The position numbers were made by a program, and so were the translations under genes. Under the pieces are notes generated by a model. The model was not told where the DNA came from. It made no database searches and saw only the letters and a program-made list of their open reading frames with translations. From NCBI GenBank assembly GCA_050248855.1, contig JBFWRP010000013.1, forward strand, positions 32,001 through 96,000: DNA of 64,000 bases, in the 5' to 3' direction. The stretch comes from Planctomycetota bacterium (lineage in GTDB: Bacteria > Planctomycetota > PLA2 > JAEUHO01). Of the stretch, positions 28,885-40,275 are shown in pieces. How positions within the stretch are numbered: the first letter of the stretch is position 1; each line of letters begins with the position of its first letter.

Positions 28885-30249
28885 TCAGGTCCCGCGCGCC
28901 AGCAGGTACCAGGCGGCCCCGAGCAGCGTGCTTGCCCCCAGCGTGAGGAGCATGCCCCAACGCAGGCGGAACATCGCCACCTGGGCGCCGGCCGCGAGGA
29001 CCAGTGCGGCGACGTCGAGCGTCGCGACGTCGGGGGCCAGCACGCGCAGCACCCCGACGCGGTGCTCGTGCACGACGCCGAACAGGGTGTGCAGCGCGAA
29101 CCAGAGGGCCAGGTTGAGGATGACGCCCACGACGCAGGCCGTGATCGCGGACAAGGCGCCATCCAGGCCCGGCCGCCCGCGCAGGCGCTCGACGTAGGGG
29201 GCGCCGAGGAAGATCCAGAGGAAGCACGGGACGAAGGTGACCCAGGTGACGAGCACGGCGCCGATGGCGCCGGCCACGAGCGGCGAGAAGGTGCCGGGAT
29301 CGCGGTAGGCCGCCATGAACCCGACGAACTGCACGACCTGGATCAGCGGACCCGGCGTGGTCTCCGCCATGCCGAGGCCGTCGAGCATCTCGCCGGGCTT
29401 CAGCCACCCGTAGGTCTCGACCGCACGCTGGGCCACGTACGCCAGCACGGCATAGGCGCCGCCGAAGGTGACCACGGCCGCCTTGCTGAAGAACACGCCC
29501 TCCTGCACGAACACGTGCGCCGCGCCCAGCGTGACGCCCAGCACCAGCAGCGGCGCGAACCACAGCGCCAGGCAGACGAGCGCCACCCGTAGCGAAGACC
29601 CCAGGCGCACGCGCTCACCCGCCCGTGATGCCGCCGCCACGTCGGCAGCCGCAACCGGGATGGGCGCGGGCTTCACCGGGACGCTGCGGCGTCCGCGCAC
29701 GAACCCGACCAGCGCCGCGGTCCCGACGATCGCGGGGAACGGAACGTCGAAGAGGTAGATCGCCACGAACGCCAAGCCCGCCAGCAGCACGTGGAAGCGG
29801 CCCTTGAGCGCGCGCCGACCGATGCGCAGCACCGCCTCCACGACCACGGCGAGCACGGCCGGCTTGATGCCGAAGAAGAGCGCTCCCACCACGGCCACGT
29901 CCTGGTGCTCGGCGTAGAGGATGCTCAGCAGCAGGATCGAGACGAAGCCCGGCAGGATGAACAGCAGGCCCGCGACCAGCCCGCCGATCGTGCGATGGAG
30001 CAGCCAGCCGATGTAGGTGGCCAGCTGCTGCGCCTCGGGGCCCGGTAGCAACATGCAGTAGTTGAGCGCGTGGAGGAAGCGCTCCTCCCCGATCCACTTC
30101 TTCTCCTCGACCAGCAGGCGATGCATGACCGCGATCTGCCCGGCAGGTCCCCCGAAGCTGTGGATCGCCACGCGCACCCACACGCGAAGCGCCTCGCGAA
30201 AGGGAACGGCGGGCGCCTCGGGGTCTGCTGCCGCTTCGTGCGCTCCCAT
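28885..30249 (-). CDS. chrA: Chromate efflux transporter (long-chain CHR family)
   Basis: SFGGPAGQIAVMHR, LPGPEAQQLA, TFGGAYAVL and ETTPGP motifs. Confidence 0.95.
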   Translation of the reverse strand: MGAHEAAADPEAPAVPFREALRVWVRVAIHSFGGPAGQIAVMHRLLVEEKKWIGEERFLHALNYCMLLPGPEAQQLATYIGWLLHRTIGGLVAGLLFILPGFVSILLLSILYAEHQDVAVVGALFFGIKPAVLAVVVEAVLRIGRRALKGRFHVLLAGLAFVAIYLFDVPFPAIVGTAALVGFVRGRRSVPVKPAPIPVAAADVAAASRAGERVRLGSSLRVALVCLALWFAPLLVLGVTLGAAHVFVQEGVFFSKAAVVTFGGAYAVLAYVAQRAVETYGWLKPGEMLDGLGMAETTPGPLIQVVQFVGFMAAYRDPGTFSPLVAGAIGAVLVTWVTFVPCFLWIFLGAPYVERLRGRPGLDGALSAITACVVGVILNLALWFALHTLFGVVHEHRVGVLRVLAPDVATLDVAALVLAAGAQVAMFRLRWGMLLTLGASTLLGAAWYLLARGT

Positions 30250-30308
30250 GCGGTGCCAGTGTGACCGCCCCCAGCCGCAGGGCGCCCACCGGGGCCCGCC
30301 GTACTTGC

Positions 30309-30337
30309 TTGCATCTTTATTTAGAATGATCTAAAGT
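30309..30337 (+). promoter_or_regulatory. Sigma70-like promoter overlapped by an inverted-repeat operator
   Basis: TTGCAT-N17-TAAAGT; TTTAGA-N4-TCTAAA at 30320-30335; ATG lies 7 nt after the -10 box, so probably leaderless. Confidence 0.65.
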
Positions 30338-30344
30338 ATTGGCC

Positions 30345-30671
30345 ATGGTCGCCGCCAGCCCCCTGTCCGTCCTGGCTGCCCCGAGGCGCGAAGCCTTGGT
30401 CCAGGCGCTCTGGCCGGGCGAGCGCAGCGCCGGCGAGCTGCGCCGGGTGCTGCCCGACATCACGTTCGGCGCCGTGTCCCAGCACCTCGCTCGCCTGCGT
30501 GACGCGGGCTTGGTGCAGGTGCGCAAGGACGGCCGGCGGCGCCTGTACCGCGTCGACCGCGAGGCCTTCGGCCCGCTCGCCGCCGCCCTCGACCAGCTTT
30601 GGGCGCACCAGCTGGTGCGTCTCAAGTCCCTCGCCGAGCGCGAAGCCCGGCGACGCAAGGAGACACCGTGA
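30345..30671 (+). CDS. ArsR/SmtB family transcriptional regulator
   Basis: GE.SAGEL, AVSQHL..LRDAGLV..RKDGRRRLY. Confidence 0.92.
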   Translation: MVAASPLSVLAAPRREALVQALWPGERSAGELRRVLPDITFGAVSQHLARLRDAGLVQVRKDGRRRLYRVDREAFGPLAAALDQLWAHQLVRLKSLAEREARRRKETP

Positions 30672-31489
30672 CCTCACCCACGCCCGGCTTCCGCATCGAG
30701 CGGTCCATCGACATCGACGCCCCGCTCGACGTGGTGTTCGGCTTCGTCTCCGACCCGCGCCTGTTCGCCGCATGGTTCGGCGCCGGCTCCACGATCGATG
30801 CGAGCGTGGGGGGTGCGGTGGAGGTCGTGTTTCCCGGCGGCGCGCGCGCCGTGGGCGAGGTGCTGGCCGTGGAGGCGCCTCGCCACATCCGCTTCACGTG
30901 GGGCTACCCGCGGGAGGACAGCCCCGTCGCACCGGGGGCGAGCACGGTGGACGTGCACTTGGACACGGTCGACGGGCTCACGCGCGTCACCCTGTCCCAC
31001 GTGCTGCCGACGCAAGGCGCCGCCGAGGCGCACATCGGCGGCTGGGCGTACCACCTGGCGCGGCTCGCGGCCAAGGCGGCCCGGGAGCGGGCGCGTCGGA
31101 CGACGCCAGCCGTGCTCGATGCCTGGTTCGCGGCGTGGTCCGCCGAAGGCGACGACGTGGCGGCGCACCTCGCGCGCGCCATGACCGAGCAGGCCACCTA
31201 CCGCGACGACGCCGTCCACGCGCCCGACCGCGCGGAGGTCGCCGCGCACATCGGTCGCTGTCACGCCCAGATGAAGGGCTCGCGCCTCGAGCGCGTCGGC
31301 GCCGTGCTCCACACGGGCGACCGCCTCGCGTGCCGTGCGCGGCTGGTCGGCAGCAGCGGCCCGCTCGGCCATGTCCTGCTGCAGCTACGCATCGGCGGCG
31401 ACGGCCGCATCGTCGAGGCACACGGTCTCTTCGAGGAGCCCGTGCCCGGCGTCAGCGACGGGCCCCTCCTGGACGCCCCGTCGAGCTAG
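30668..31489 (+). CDS. SRPBCC (AHSA1-like) domain plus SnoaL-like domain protein
   Basis: IERSIDIDAP..VVF...DP...AWF, F.WG and H..GW..HL..L motifs; C-terminal A.F.AW...Y.D NTF2-like region; common ArsR partner. Confidence 0.85.
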   Translation: MTSPTPGFRIERSIDIDAPLDVVFGFVSDPRLFAAWFGAGSTIDASVGGAVEVVFPGGARAVGEVLAVEAPRHIRFTWGYPREDSPVAPGASTVDVHLDTVDGLTRVTLSHVLPTQGAAEAHIGGWAYHLARLAAKAARERARRTTPAVLDAWFAAWSAEGDDVAAHLARAMTEQATYRDDAVHAPDRAEVAAHIGRCHAQMKGSRLERVGAVLHTGDRLACRARLVGSSGPLGHVLLQLRIGGDGRIVEAHGLFEEPVPGVSDGPLLDAPSS

Positions 31490-31857
31490 ACGTGCTGGTC
31501 GAGCAGGATCGGGTTGCCATCGGGGTCCTCGAGCACGAGATGCCCCGGGCCACTGGCGCTGTCGCCGACGGTCTTCACCAGCGGGATGCCCCGCTCCTGC
31601 AGCAGCCTCTCGATGTCGCGCACGTCCTGGAAGCCCTCGACCGTCTTGGCGTCGGCGTCCCAGCCCGGGTTGAACGTGAGCAGGTTCTTCTCGAACATCC
31701 CCTGGAACAGGCCGATGCGCGCGTTGCCGTTGCGCAGGATGAGCCACCCTTGGTCCTGATCACCGCCCATGGTCGTGAAGCCAAGCGCCTCGTAGAAGGC
31801 GCGACTGGCGGCGATGTCCTTCACGGCCAAGTTGACGGAGAATGCGCCCAGGTCCAC
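31486..31857 (-). CDS. VOC/glyoxalase family protein
   Basis: LAVKDI.ASRAFYE.LGF, IGLFQGMF, LTFNPGW and DPDGNPIL.DQH motifs. Confidence 0.9.
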   Translation of the reverse strand: MDLGAFSVNLAVKDIAASRAFYEALGFTTMGGDQDQGWLILRNGNARIGLFQGMFEKNLLTFNPGWDADAKTVEGFQDVRDIERLLQERGIPLVKTVGDSASGPGHLVLEDPDGNPILLDQHV

Positions 31858-32146
31858 GGTGACTCCTCTCGCTGGTCGTGACGGTGCCCGCAGGGTACCG
31901 GATGGGCGCCTCGCACGTCGGCAGGCCGGAGGAGCACCCCTGCATGGACGAAGCTCGACCCCAACCGGGCCACCGCCGCATCACCTACGCCGCGCTGGGC
32001 TGCCTGGTTCTCGCCCTCGGTGGCTCGCTCCTGCCGTGGTGGGAGCTCGAAGAGGAACCCCGGATCCGCGGGGGGATGACGCGCGGCAGAACGTGGGAGG
32101 CGGCTTCGACTGAGCCGGGGAGGACAAGGAGGCGGGTAGATAGCCC

Positions 32147-33592
32147 CTACCTGCGCTCGTAGATCTGCCGAAGCGAAGCGAGCCACGACAGGGCGTTCGG
32201 GTCCTTGCCGCCCAGCTCCTCGTAGATGCACATCGAGCGGTAGGCGTCCTCCTCCTTGCCCAGCTGGGGGCCGAGGATGAGCGCGAACAGGAAGCGCGGG
32301 TCGGACTCCAGCGGTTGGAGCTTGATCAGGCGCTCGTACTCCTTGGCCGCACGGGAGTACTCCTTCGCGTCGTACAGCGCGCGGGCGTACGCGCCCTGGG
32401 CCTCCGCGCTCTCCGGGAACTTGCGCGTTGCCTCGCGGTACACGGCGATCGCACTCGAGAGCGAGTCGTCGGCACGGTAGGCGCTGCCCAGGCCCAAGCG
32501 GTAGGCCAGCTCCTCGCCATCCATCTGCAGCGCGCGCTTGTAGAGCCCAATGGCCCTCTTCGCGCGTCCCGACCGCTCGTAGCAGAGGCCCAGCAGGTAG
32601 GGCAGCCGCGCATCATGCACGTCCAACCGCTTGGCGCGTTCCAGCAGGTCGATCGCCAGCGGGTAGGCCTCGCGGTCCATGTGCAGGAGGGCGAGGCTCG
32701 TGAGCAAGCCGAAGTGCTCGGGATGCCGATCGATGCCCACGCGTAGTGCGAGCTCGGCGAGGTCGGCATGCTCGATCCGGCGAAGCGCCGCCGCGATCGC
32801 GGCGATGCGGTCAGGGTCGTCGCGCGTGTTCTCGAGCGCCTTCTCGTAGGCGGTCTTGGCGTCCTCGACGCGTCCCAAGGCGCCTAGCACCATGCCGTGA
32901 TGGAGATGAGCCAAGGGGCTCTCGGCATCGAGACGGAGGGTGGCCTCCGCCAGCTGCAAGGCCTCGGCGGCATCGCCACGCTCCAGGAGAAGTGGCACCA
33001 GGGCGTACCGGCAGCCCAGGTGCGCGCGATCCAAGCGCAGGCCCGCGATGTAGGCCTGGATGGCGAGGTCATCCTGCTCGAGCCGGCGCGCAATCCAGCC
33101 CACGAAGGCTTGCTGGTCGGCGGAGGGGACGAGCTGGGCGGCGAAGCGTGCCGCCTCCAGCGCATCCTCGTTCTCGCCCACCTCGACGTGCAGGCGCGCC
33201 AAGGCATCCCAGCCGGCACCTACCTCGGCCGCACGCGTCACGGGCAGCCCCAGGCGCGTCTCGAGGAGCCTGCGCATCGCCTTGAGGCCGCTTCGGCCGC
33301 CCCGCACACGTGCTTGCAGGAACTGCGCGATGGCGTTCTCGGGGCACGCCGCAAGGAACCCGTCGTAGAGGGCCAGTACGTCGCGACGCGACAGCTCGGC
33401 GATGTGTGCGTCCTGCGCGCGAAGGAGCTGCCGGACGTCTTGCTCCTGCCAGCCGGCGTAAGGCGGATCGGCGGGCGCCGACTCGTCGACGCCCGTTGCC
33501 GCGGGCTCGTCGGCCCAGGCAGCACTCGGCGCGTGGACCATCACGAGGAAGGCAGCGAGGACGACGTGGTGCCAGCCGGCCCGAATCGTCAT
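32147..33592 (-). CDS. Secreted tetratricopeptide repeat protein
   Basis: Signal peptide and multiple 34-aa TPR-like repeats. Confidence 0.85.
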   Translation of the reverse strand: MTIRAGWHHVVLAAFLVMVHAPSAAWADEPAATGVDESAPADPPYAGWQEQDVRQLLRAQDAHIAELSRRDVLALYDGFLAACPENAIAQFLQARVRGGRSGLKAMRRLLETRLGLPVTRAAEVGAGWDALARLHVEVGENEDALEAARFAAQLVPSADQQAFVGWIARRLEQDDLAIQAYIAGLRLDRAHLGCRYALVPLLLERGDAAEALQLAEATLRLDAESPLAHLHHGMVLGALGRVEDAKTAYEKALENTRDDPDRIAAIAAALRRIEHADLAELALRVGIDRHPEHFGLLTSLALLHMDREAYPLAIDLLERAKRLDVHDARLPYLLGLCYERSGRAKRAIGLYKRALQMDGEELAYRLGLGSAYRADDSLSSAIAVYREATRKFPESAEAQGAYARALYDAKEYSRAAKEYERLIKLQPLESDPRFLFALILGPQLGKEEDAYRSMCIYEELGGKDPNALSWLASLRQIYERR

Positions 33593-33650
33593 GCCTGCCT
33601 CCTCGTCGCTACCAGGGTGCGCGGCGCCCCGGTGGTGCGCAGCCTATGTC

Positions 33651-34394
33651 TCAGGCCTGCTCTTCGTCGTCGGCCGGCGGGGGAGGCAGGTCGTCGGGGT
33701 CGAAGCCCGGAGGCGGCGGAGGCGGCTCGCAGCCCGGCGGCGGCGGCGGGGGCGGCGGCAGCTCGTCGTCGTCCCGACCGCGCGGGGGAGGCGGCGGCGG
33801 GGGCGGGGGCGGCGGACCGTCACCCTCGCGACCACGGCCCTCGCCGGGCGGCGGCGGAGGCGGGGGCGGCGGAGGCGGAGGGCAGGCGCCCCCGCCGGCA
33901 CCGCCGCCTTGGCCACCCTGCCCCTGGGCGATGAGCTGCGCGATCAGTCGGGCGATCGGGCCGGGGACGCCTCCGCCCGCGCGACGGCTGGGCGCGCCCG
34001 CGCCGCCGCCGTTGTTGCCATTCCCAGCGTTGCCGCTTCCCCCATTGCCGCTTCCCCCATTGCCGCTTCCCCCATTGCCGCTTCCCCCATTGCCAGTGCC
34101 ACCCGCAGCGCCGCCGCCGTTACCGCGAGGCGGGGCACCCGGGGGCGGGCCGCCAGCACCCGGCGGCGGAGGAGGAGGCGGCGGCGGAGCGGCGCCCCCA
34201 CCGGCGCCACCGCCACCACCGGCTGCACCGCCTCCACCCGCCGCGCCGCCTCGCGGAGCGGCAGACGCCTCGCTCGAGAAGCTGTCGGCGAGCGCCGGGA
34301 GGACGAACAGGACGGCGGCGACGACGCCCAGCATGAGTCCGAACCGGGGCGTGGACGGGCGCGCCGGCCAGGGGCAGGAGGGGAAAGTTCGCAT
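33651..34394 (-). CDS. Gly/Pro-rich low-complexity secreted protein
   Basis: GGGAG RBS; signal peptide ending ALA; polyproline runs, (GNGGS)x4 and an acidic tail. Confidence 0.65.
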   Translation of the reverse strand: MRTFPSCPWPARPSTPRFGLMLGVVAAVLFVLPALADSFSSEASAAPRGGAAGGGGAAGGGGGAGGGAAPPPPPPPPPGAGGPPPGAPPRGNGGGAAGGTGNGGSGNGGSGNGGSGNGGSGNAGNGNNGGGAGAPSRRAGGGVPGPIARLIAQLIAQGQGGQGGGAGGGACPPPPPPPPPPPPGEGRGREGDGPPPPPPPPPPPRGRDDDELPPPPPPPPGCEPPPPPPGFDPDDLPPPPADDEEQA

Positions 34395-34437
34395 GGCGGG
34401 CTCCCGAGCCGTGAAGGGAGGGACGGTGGGCACCAAG

Positions 34438-34452
34438 GCAAGGTCCGTGCCG
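34438..34452 (-). promoter_or_regulatory. Sigma54 -24/-12 promoter
   Basis: CGGCACGGACCTTGC fits GG-N10-GC and is close to consensus TGGCACG-N4-TTGC. Confidence 0.7.
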
Positions 34453-34535
34453 CGATACGGAACGCATGGCCGAGGAGCCCCCGCGCCCGGCTTCCCGGGC
34501 TTGACCCGCGCAGCAGCCGCACGCGGGCGGGGCCG

Positions 34536-34555
34536 TGCGGCAATCCGTTGCCGCA
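34536..34555. promoter_or_regulatory. Probable bEBP enhancer site
   Basis: TGCGGCAA-TCCG-TTGCCGCA palindrome about 85-100 bp upstream of the -24 element. Confidence 0.6.
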
Positions 34556-34562
34556 GCGACGG

Positions 34563-35910
<1,348 letters not shown>

Positions 35911-35921
<11 letters not shown>

Positions 35922-37530
35922 CGTCGGCCTTCCACACGCGTGCAGGAACCTCGATCACGGCGAGCGCACCTCCGAGGACGTCGGACCGCCCCAGCACGAG
36001 CCGGCACCCTTGGTTCTCCAGCAGCCGGCGCGCCAGCGCCAGCCCCAGACCATGGCCGCCGGGTCGCAGCGTGAGTCCGGGCCGCCCCCGGCTGGCGAGA
36101 ACCTCCTCGGGAAAGCCCGGGCCGGCATCGTGCACCTCGAGGCGCACGTCGCCCGCGTCCGTCGTGCACCAGCGCACCACGACGTCCGCTGTGCCTGCGG
36201 CCTGTCGTGCATTGCGGACGAGGTTGCGCACGGCCAGGTCGAAGCCGTACGTGTCGCCCAGGTGCAGCGCGAGCGGGGCGTCGCCGTCAGCCTCGAAGCG
36301 CGCTCCCAGCTCGTCGGCACATGCCGCGCAGGCCCGCTGCTCGTAGGGCACCAGCTGCCCCGCGGAGGCGGGTACGGCCATGCGCAGGTACGACTCGACC
36401 GACTCGCGCGCGCTCCCGAGGCGCTGCCGCATGCGCGCCACAGCCTGCTCCGTGCCTTCGTCGCCACGGACGCGAGAAAGCTCGAGCGCGATCGCGTTCA
36501 GGGGATTGCTGACCTCGTGGGCGAACAGCCCCGCCAGCGCCCCCATCTCCGCCAGGCGCCGCGCCGCGTCCAGGTCCTGTTCGCGCTGGCGGTCTGCCTG
36601 CAGGCGATCGCGCTCGGCCGCGCGCCGCGCTCGGGCCATGCGCCCGTAGACGAGCAAGCCCAATACGGTCGCCAGCGTCGCCAAGCCCGACCAGAGCAGC
36701 ACGCGCTGGCGTTGTGCCGCGATGGAGGCCTCCAGCCCATCACGCGACAGCTCCACGACGACGCGCCCCGCACCCGGATCGGAGTCCGGCGAGCTGGCGG
36801 TGAAGACCTGCACGTGCTCGGCGGGCACGGGCGAGGGCACGCGGATCGTGTCGCCGTCGCGCCGTTCGAACGAGATCGCGTGGACATCGGGCACGTCGGC
36901 CAGTCGCTTCAGGACCGACGAAAGCCCAAGCTCGGTGTGGACCTGCTGCGCAGCGGCCTCCTCCGCACGCACGAGGACTGCGCTGCCGTCCGCCAGCCTC
37001 AGCGCCAGCCCCAAGCGCCCCCGTACGCCGAATGCATTGGGGCGGATGCCCTCCGCCAACGTGCTGCCCGGCTCGACGTCAAGTGCTTCGAACGTGGGAG
37101 CGGCGTGGTTCCACTCCTGGCGCCCGAGGTTGCCGAGATCCGCCTCGGATCCCCAGCCGAGCGGGGGCGGATGCACCACGCGCGCTACCTGCCGCCCTTC
37201 GGCATCCAGGAAGAAGATGCGTCCGACCTTCTCCTCGCGCGCGATGGACGCCAGGCGCATCCACAGGGGCTCGCGCAGCCCGGGCACCTCGCTGCCGATG
37301 CGCCGCGCCACGGCCAACAGCCGCGCGGCCTCGCGCTCTTCCACGAGGCGTAGCTGGCGGGCCCCCTCGACGACGGCCGACTCCACGACCGCCACCAGCG
37401 CCTCGCCGCGTCGCCTGAGCTCGCTCTCCGACGCGCCGGCGGCATCGTTCCACGATCGCCACGCCAGCGCCCCCACCGCCAAGAGCGGCAGGGCGAGCAG
37501 CCAGACTTCCGGCGCCGGTCGCCTTCCCAT
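35911..37530 (-). CDS. Membrane sensor histidine kinase
   Basis: Two TM segments; AHEVSNPL, NLVRNA, D.GPG and GHGLGL boxes. Confidence 0.92.
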
Positions 37531-37679
37531 GAGCGCTCTCTATAGCACCGCGACTACGAGGACCGACAGGGTCCGAGGCGGACCAAGACTCGTCCCCGAA
37601 AGGGGCCTACCCGCGTGCCAACGGCAGCTGATGGACCCAAGGCGGTCTCCAACGGGCGAAGCCCGGGGAAGCCGCGCCG

Positions 37680-38195
37680 ATGGTGGTTGCGGCGTCAGGA
37701 GCGCTGTTCTCCCTGCTGCTGATCGTCGGTCCGCCCGTCCCCATGGACGACACCGTGTGGCTGGACATCGAGGGTCGGCTGCTCGAACCGGAGCGGGTCC
37801 CGGGTCCTGGGCCGATCTGCGTCTTCGCTGGGCACGCCCGAGCACCACTGCCCCTGCCTGCGACCTGTGTGGGCAGCGGCGTGCAGCAGCGAGCTGACGG
37901 GACGATTGCGCTCGGCATCGGTGGTCTGCCCGAGGATCGGCACGGACACGTCGACAAGGACGGGACGTTCCGCGTCCGCGCGGGCTCCTCGCGGCTGCGG
38001 TGGATCGGAGCCTGGGGCCTGACCGCAGGGCGTAGGCTTTGCACCTCCGCGTGGCATCCGACCGACGTCGTGGACGAGATCGTCTTCCACCGCGGTGGCG
38101 CAGCTCCCTTGCGTGTTCCGCGGCCGGCCGGGACACGGGTGGCGGATGACGTCGGATACCCCTTGAAGGTTACGTGGCACCTGGGCGACCTATGA
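37680..38195 (+). CDS. Hypothetical membrane-anchored protein (paralog of the C-terminal half of 39328-40194)
   Basis: Shares IEG.L, GIGG.P, KDGTF, WHP..VVD and VTW..G.L motifs with its paralog. Start uncertain. Confidence 0.65.
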   Translation: MVVAASGALFSLLLIVGPPVPMDDTVWLDIEGRLLEPERVPGPGPICVFAGHARAPLPLPATCVGSGVQQRADGTIALGIGGLPEDRHGHVDKDGTFRVRAGSSRLRWIGAWGLTAGRRLCTSAWHPTDVVDEIVFHRGGAAPLRVPRPAGTRVADDVGYPLKVTWHLGDL

Positions 38196-39218
38196 GCGCG
38201 AGACGCCGGCGGCGTCCTCCATCGCCGCTGAGCAGTTGCGCACCAGGTTCTCGATGATCGGCACGAGGCGATCGGGGGAGTTTTTGTCGGGCGGGCGGAA
38301 GCGCACCACGCCGGCCGTCCCCACGATCAACGCATCGGCGGCTTCCTCGGCCATCGCCTTGGGATCCAGCTCGATGCCGACGGCTCCCAGCGTCCGCCGG
38401 TAGTGCTTCCAGACCTCGTCCTCGATGCGTCGGCGGGTCTCGATCGTGACGCCCTCCACGAGGATCCGCACCACGTCCACCACGCCGGGCCCGCGGGCGG
38501 CATCGGGCCAGTCGATGATCACGGGTTCTCCGTCCGCGCGGAACATCACGTTGTCCAAGTGCAGGTCGGAGTGGATCAGCGTGGGCGTCGCCTGCGCCAA
38601 GCGCGCATGCGCGGCGAGGACATCGTCGGGCAGTGACTCGACGCGCCTTCGCATCCATGGCGACAGGAGGTGCGACCACCACGCGAGGAACTCGGGTAGG
38701 CGCTGGGCCGTCCGCTCGCTCTGGCCCTTCGCGTCCTCACCCCATGCGCGGAAGCCGTCCAAGGCGCCCGGGCTCGTCGTTGCGTGATAGGCCACCTGGA
38801 TCTCGACCACACGATCCACCAGCCGCAGGGCCTCCTCGGGCGTGGCGCCCACGATGGCATCCCCCTGGCGCGCACCCGCGAGGTCTTCGAGCACGAGCAG
38901 TGCAGCCTCTTCGTCGCGGAACGAAGCGATCAGGCGACTGGTGGCGCCCGGCGCCCGCCAGCCCAGGCTGCGGAGGGCGTGGCCCTCACGCGCGGAGCTC
39001 TCGGGTTTGGACCACTTGAGGATCAGCGTCGAGGTCTCGCTCGCGGCATCGAAGACCGTGACGCGCGCGACGATGCCGTCCAGGCCGAAGCCCACGCCGA
39101 TGCGCTCGACGTCTGCCCGCACGATCGGCGCTCGACCCGGCACCTCCCCCGCCAAGCGACGCTCCTCGAGCCAGCTCGTGGACACGTCCGTCAAGGCATG
39201 GGGGAAGGTTGCCGCCAT
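38190..39218 (-). CDS. APH/choline-kinase-like phosphotransferase
   Basis: LILK, LVLEDL, HSDLHLDNVMF and IIDW motifs. Confidence 0.85.
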   Translation of the reverse strand: MAATFPHALTDVSTSWLEERRLAGEVPGRAPIVRADVERIGVGFGLDGIVARVTVFDAASETSTLILKWSKPESSAREGHALRSLGWRAPGATSRLIASFRDEEAALLVLEDLAGARQGDAIVGATPEEALRLVDRVVEIQVAYHATTSPGALDGFRAWGEDAKGQSERTAQRLPEFLAWWSHLLSPWMRRRVESLPDDVLAAHARLAQATPTLIHSDLHLDNVMFRADGEPVIIDWPDAARGPGVVDVVRILVEGVTIETRRRIEDEVWKHYRRTLGAVGIELDPKAMAEEAADALIVGTAGVVRFRPPDKNSPDRLVPIIENLVRNCSAAMEDAAGVSRS

Positions 39219-39327
39219 GCGCGGAACGTACCCGGACACGGACGCATCGCCCCCTCGTGCCGTGCGATCTCTCCCCGCGCACGTACCCTACTCGCTGCCG
39301 GGCGCGGCCCGCGCCTGGAGGACTGGC

Positions 39328-40194
39328 ATGGAGGCGACGGCGTCGGGCGACCGCTTCTTCGTGGCGCGACGCGACGAGGTGGCGTGGACCCAGGAGGTCC
39401 TCGATCCGAAGGTGTGGTGGCCCGCCGCGCTGCACGTGGACGCGGGCTCCGCCGGCGACACGTCGTTCGCCGTTCACGGTACGCACTTCCGCTTGGAGCT
39501 GGATCCCCCCTGTCTCGTCGTGCACGCCCACGACGGCCGGCTGGAGAGGGAGCAGGTCCTGGCGGTGGTCGACCTCATCGCCGCCCAGGTGCACCGCGCC
39601 ACGGGCCGTGAGGTGCGCGTGTTCGGCTCCGCGGCGCGGGGGTCCTCCCCGCACACCGCGGGAGGCGTACCGACCAAGGGATCCCGGTGGCCTCGACGGG
39701 CCGCAGCCATCGCCATCTGGCTCGTGGCGTTCGGCCTCGCCGTCCTCCCGCTTCCCCAAGGCATGCCCACGCGGATCCGGATCGAGGGCCAGCTGGGCAC
39801 CAAGCACTTCGCCGGCGATCGGGCGTACACCTGCCTGCTCGCTCGCCCGCTACCGGGCGACCCCGAGCTCGAGGCCGCTTGCCGCTCCGCAAACGCTTTC
39901 CCCGAAGAGCAGGGCCGCCTGCGCATCGGCATCGGAGGGAGCCCGCCGAATCGAGCGACTTCGGTGTGGAGCAAGGACGGGACCTTCGAGATCCACGTGT
40001 ACGCCGAGCGTCCCCGCTGGGCCTCGCTCGCGGGCTACGTCGACTGGCTCCCGGACTGGCACCCGAGCAACGTCGTCGACGACTTGGTGCTTCTCCACCC
40101 GGGCGAGCCGCCCGTGGCCATCCCGCTACCGTCCGGCACCGTCACCTCCGACGACGACGGTCGGAACGTGACCTGGAACGTTGGGCAGCTGTAG
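39328..40194 (+). CDS. Hypothetical single-pass membrane protein
   Basis: GGAGG RBS; central TM segment; C-terminal domain paralogous to 37680-38195. Confidence 0.7.
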   Translation: MEATASGDRFFVARRDEVAWTQEVLDPKVWWPAALHVDAGSAGDTSFAVHGTHFRLELDPPCLVVHAHDGRLEREQVLAVVDLIAAQVHRATGREVRVFGSAARGSSPHTAGGVPTKGSRWPRRAAAIAIWLVAFGLAVLPLPQGMPTRIRIEGQLGTKHFAGDRAYTCLLARPLPGDPELEAACRSANAFPEEQGRLRIGIGGSPPNRATSVWSKDGTFEIHVYAERPRWASLAGYVDWLPDWHPSNVVDDLVLLHPGEPPVAIPLPSGTVTSDDDGRNVTWNVGQL

Positions 40195-40275
40195 GCAGCA
40201 CGACCGTGGTGCGATCCCGCGGCCGCGATCCGTACGGGGTCCTTGAAGGCGCAAGCGCGCCCGAAAGGAGCCCCC

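Noticed and set aside
31943..32162. Small membrane ORF MDEARPQPG...
   Set aside because: It has a plausible TM start but a degenerate tail overlapping the TPR gene end; possibly a gene remnant, too weak to call.
34030..34095. 15-bp tandem repeat as an independent element
   Set aside because: It is the coding (GNGGS)n tract of the Gly/Pro-rich protein.
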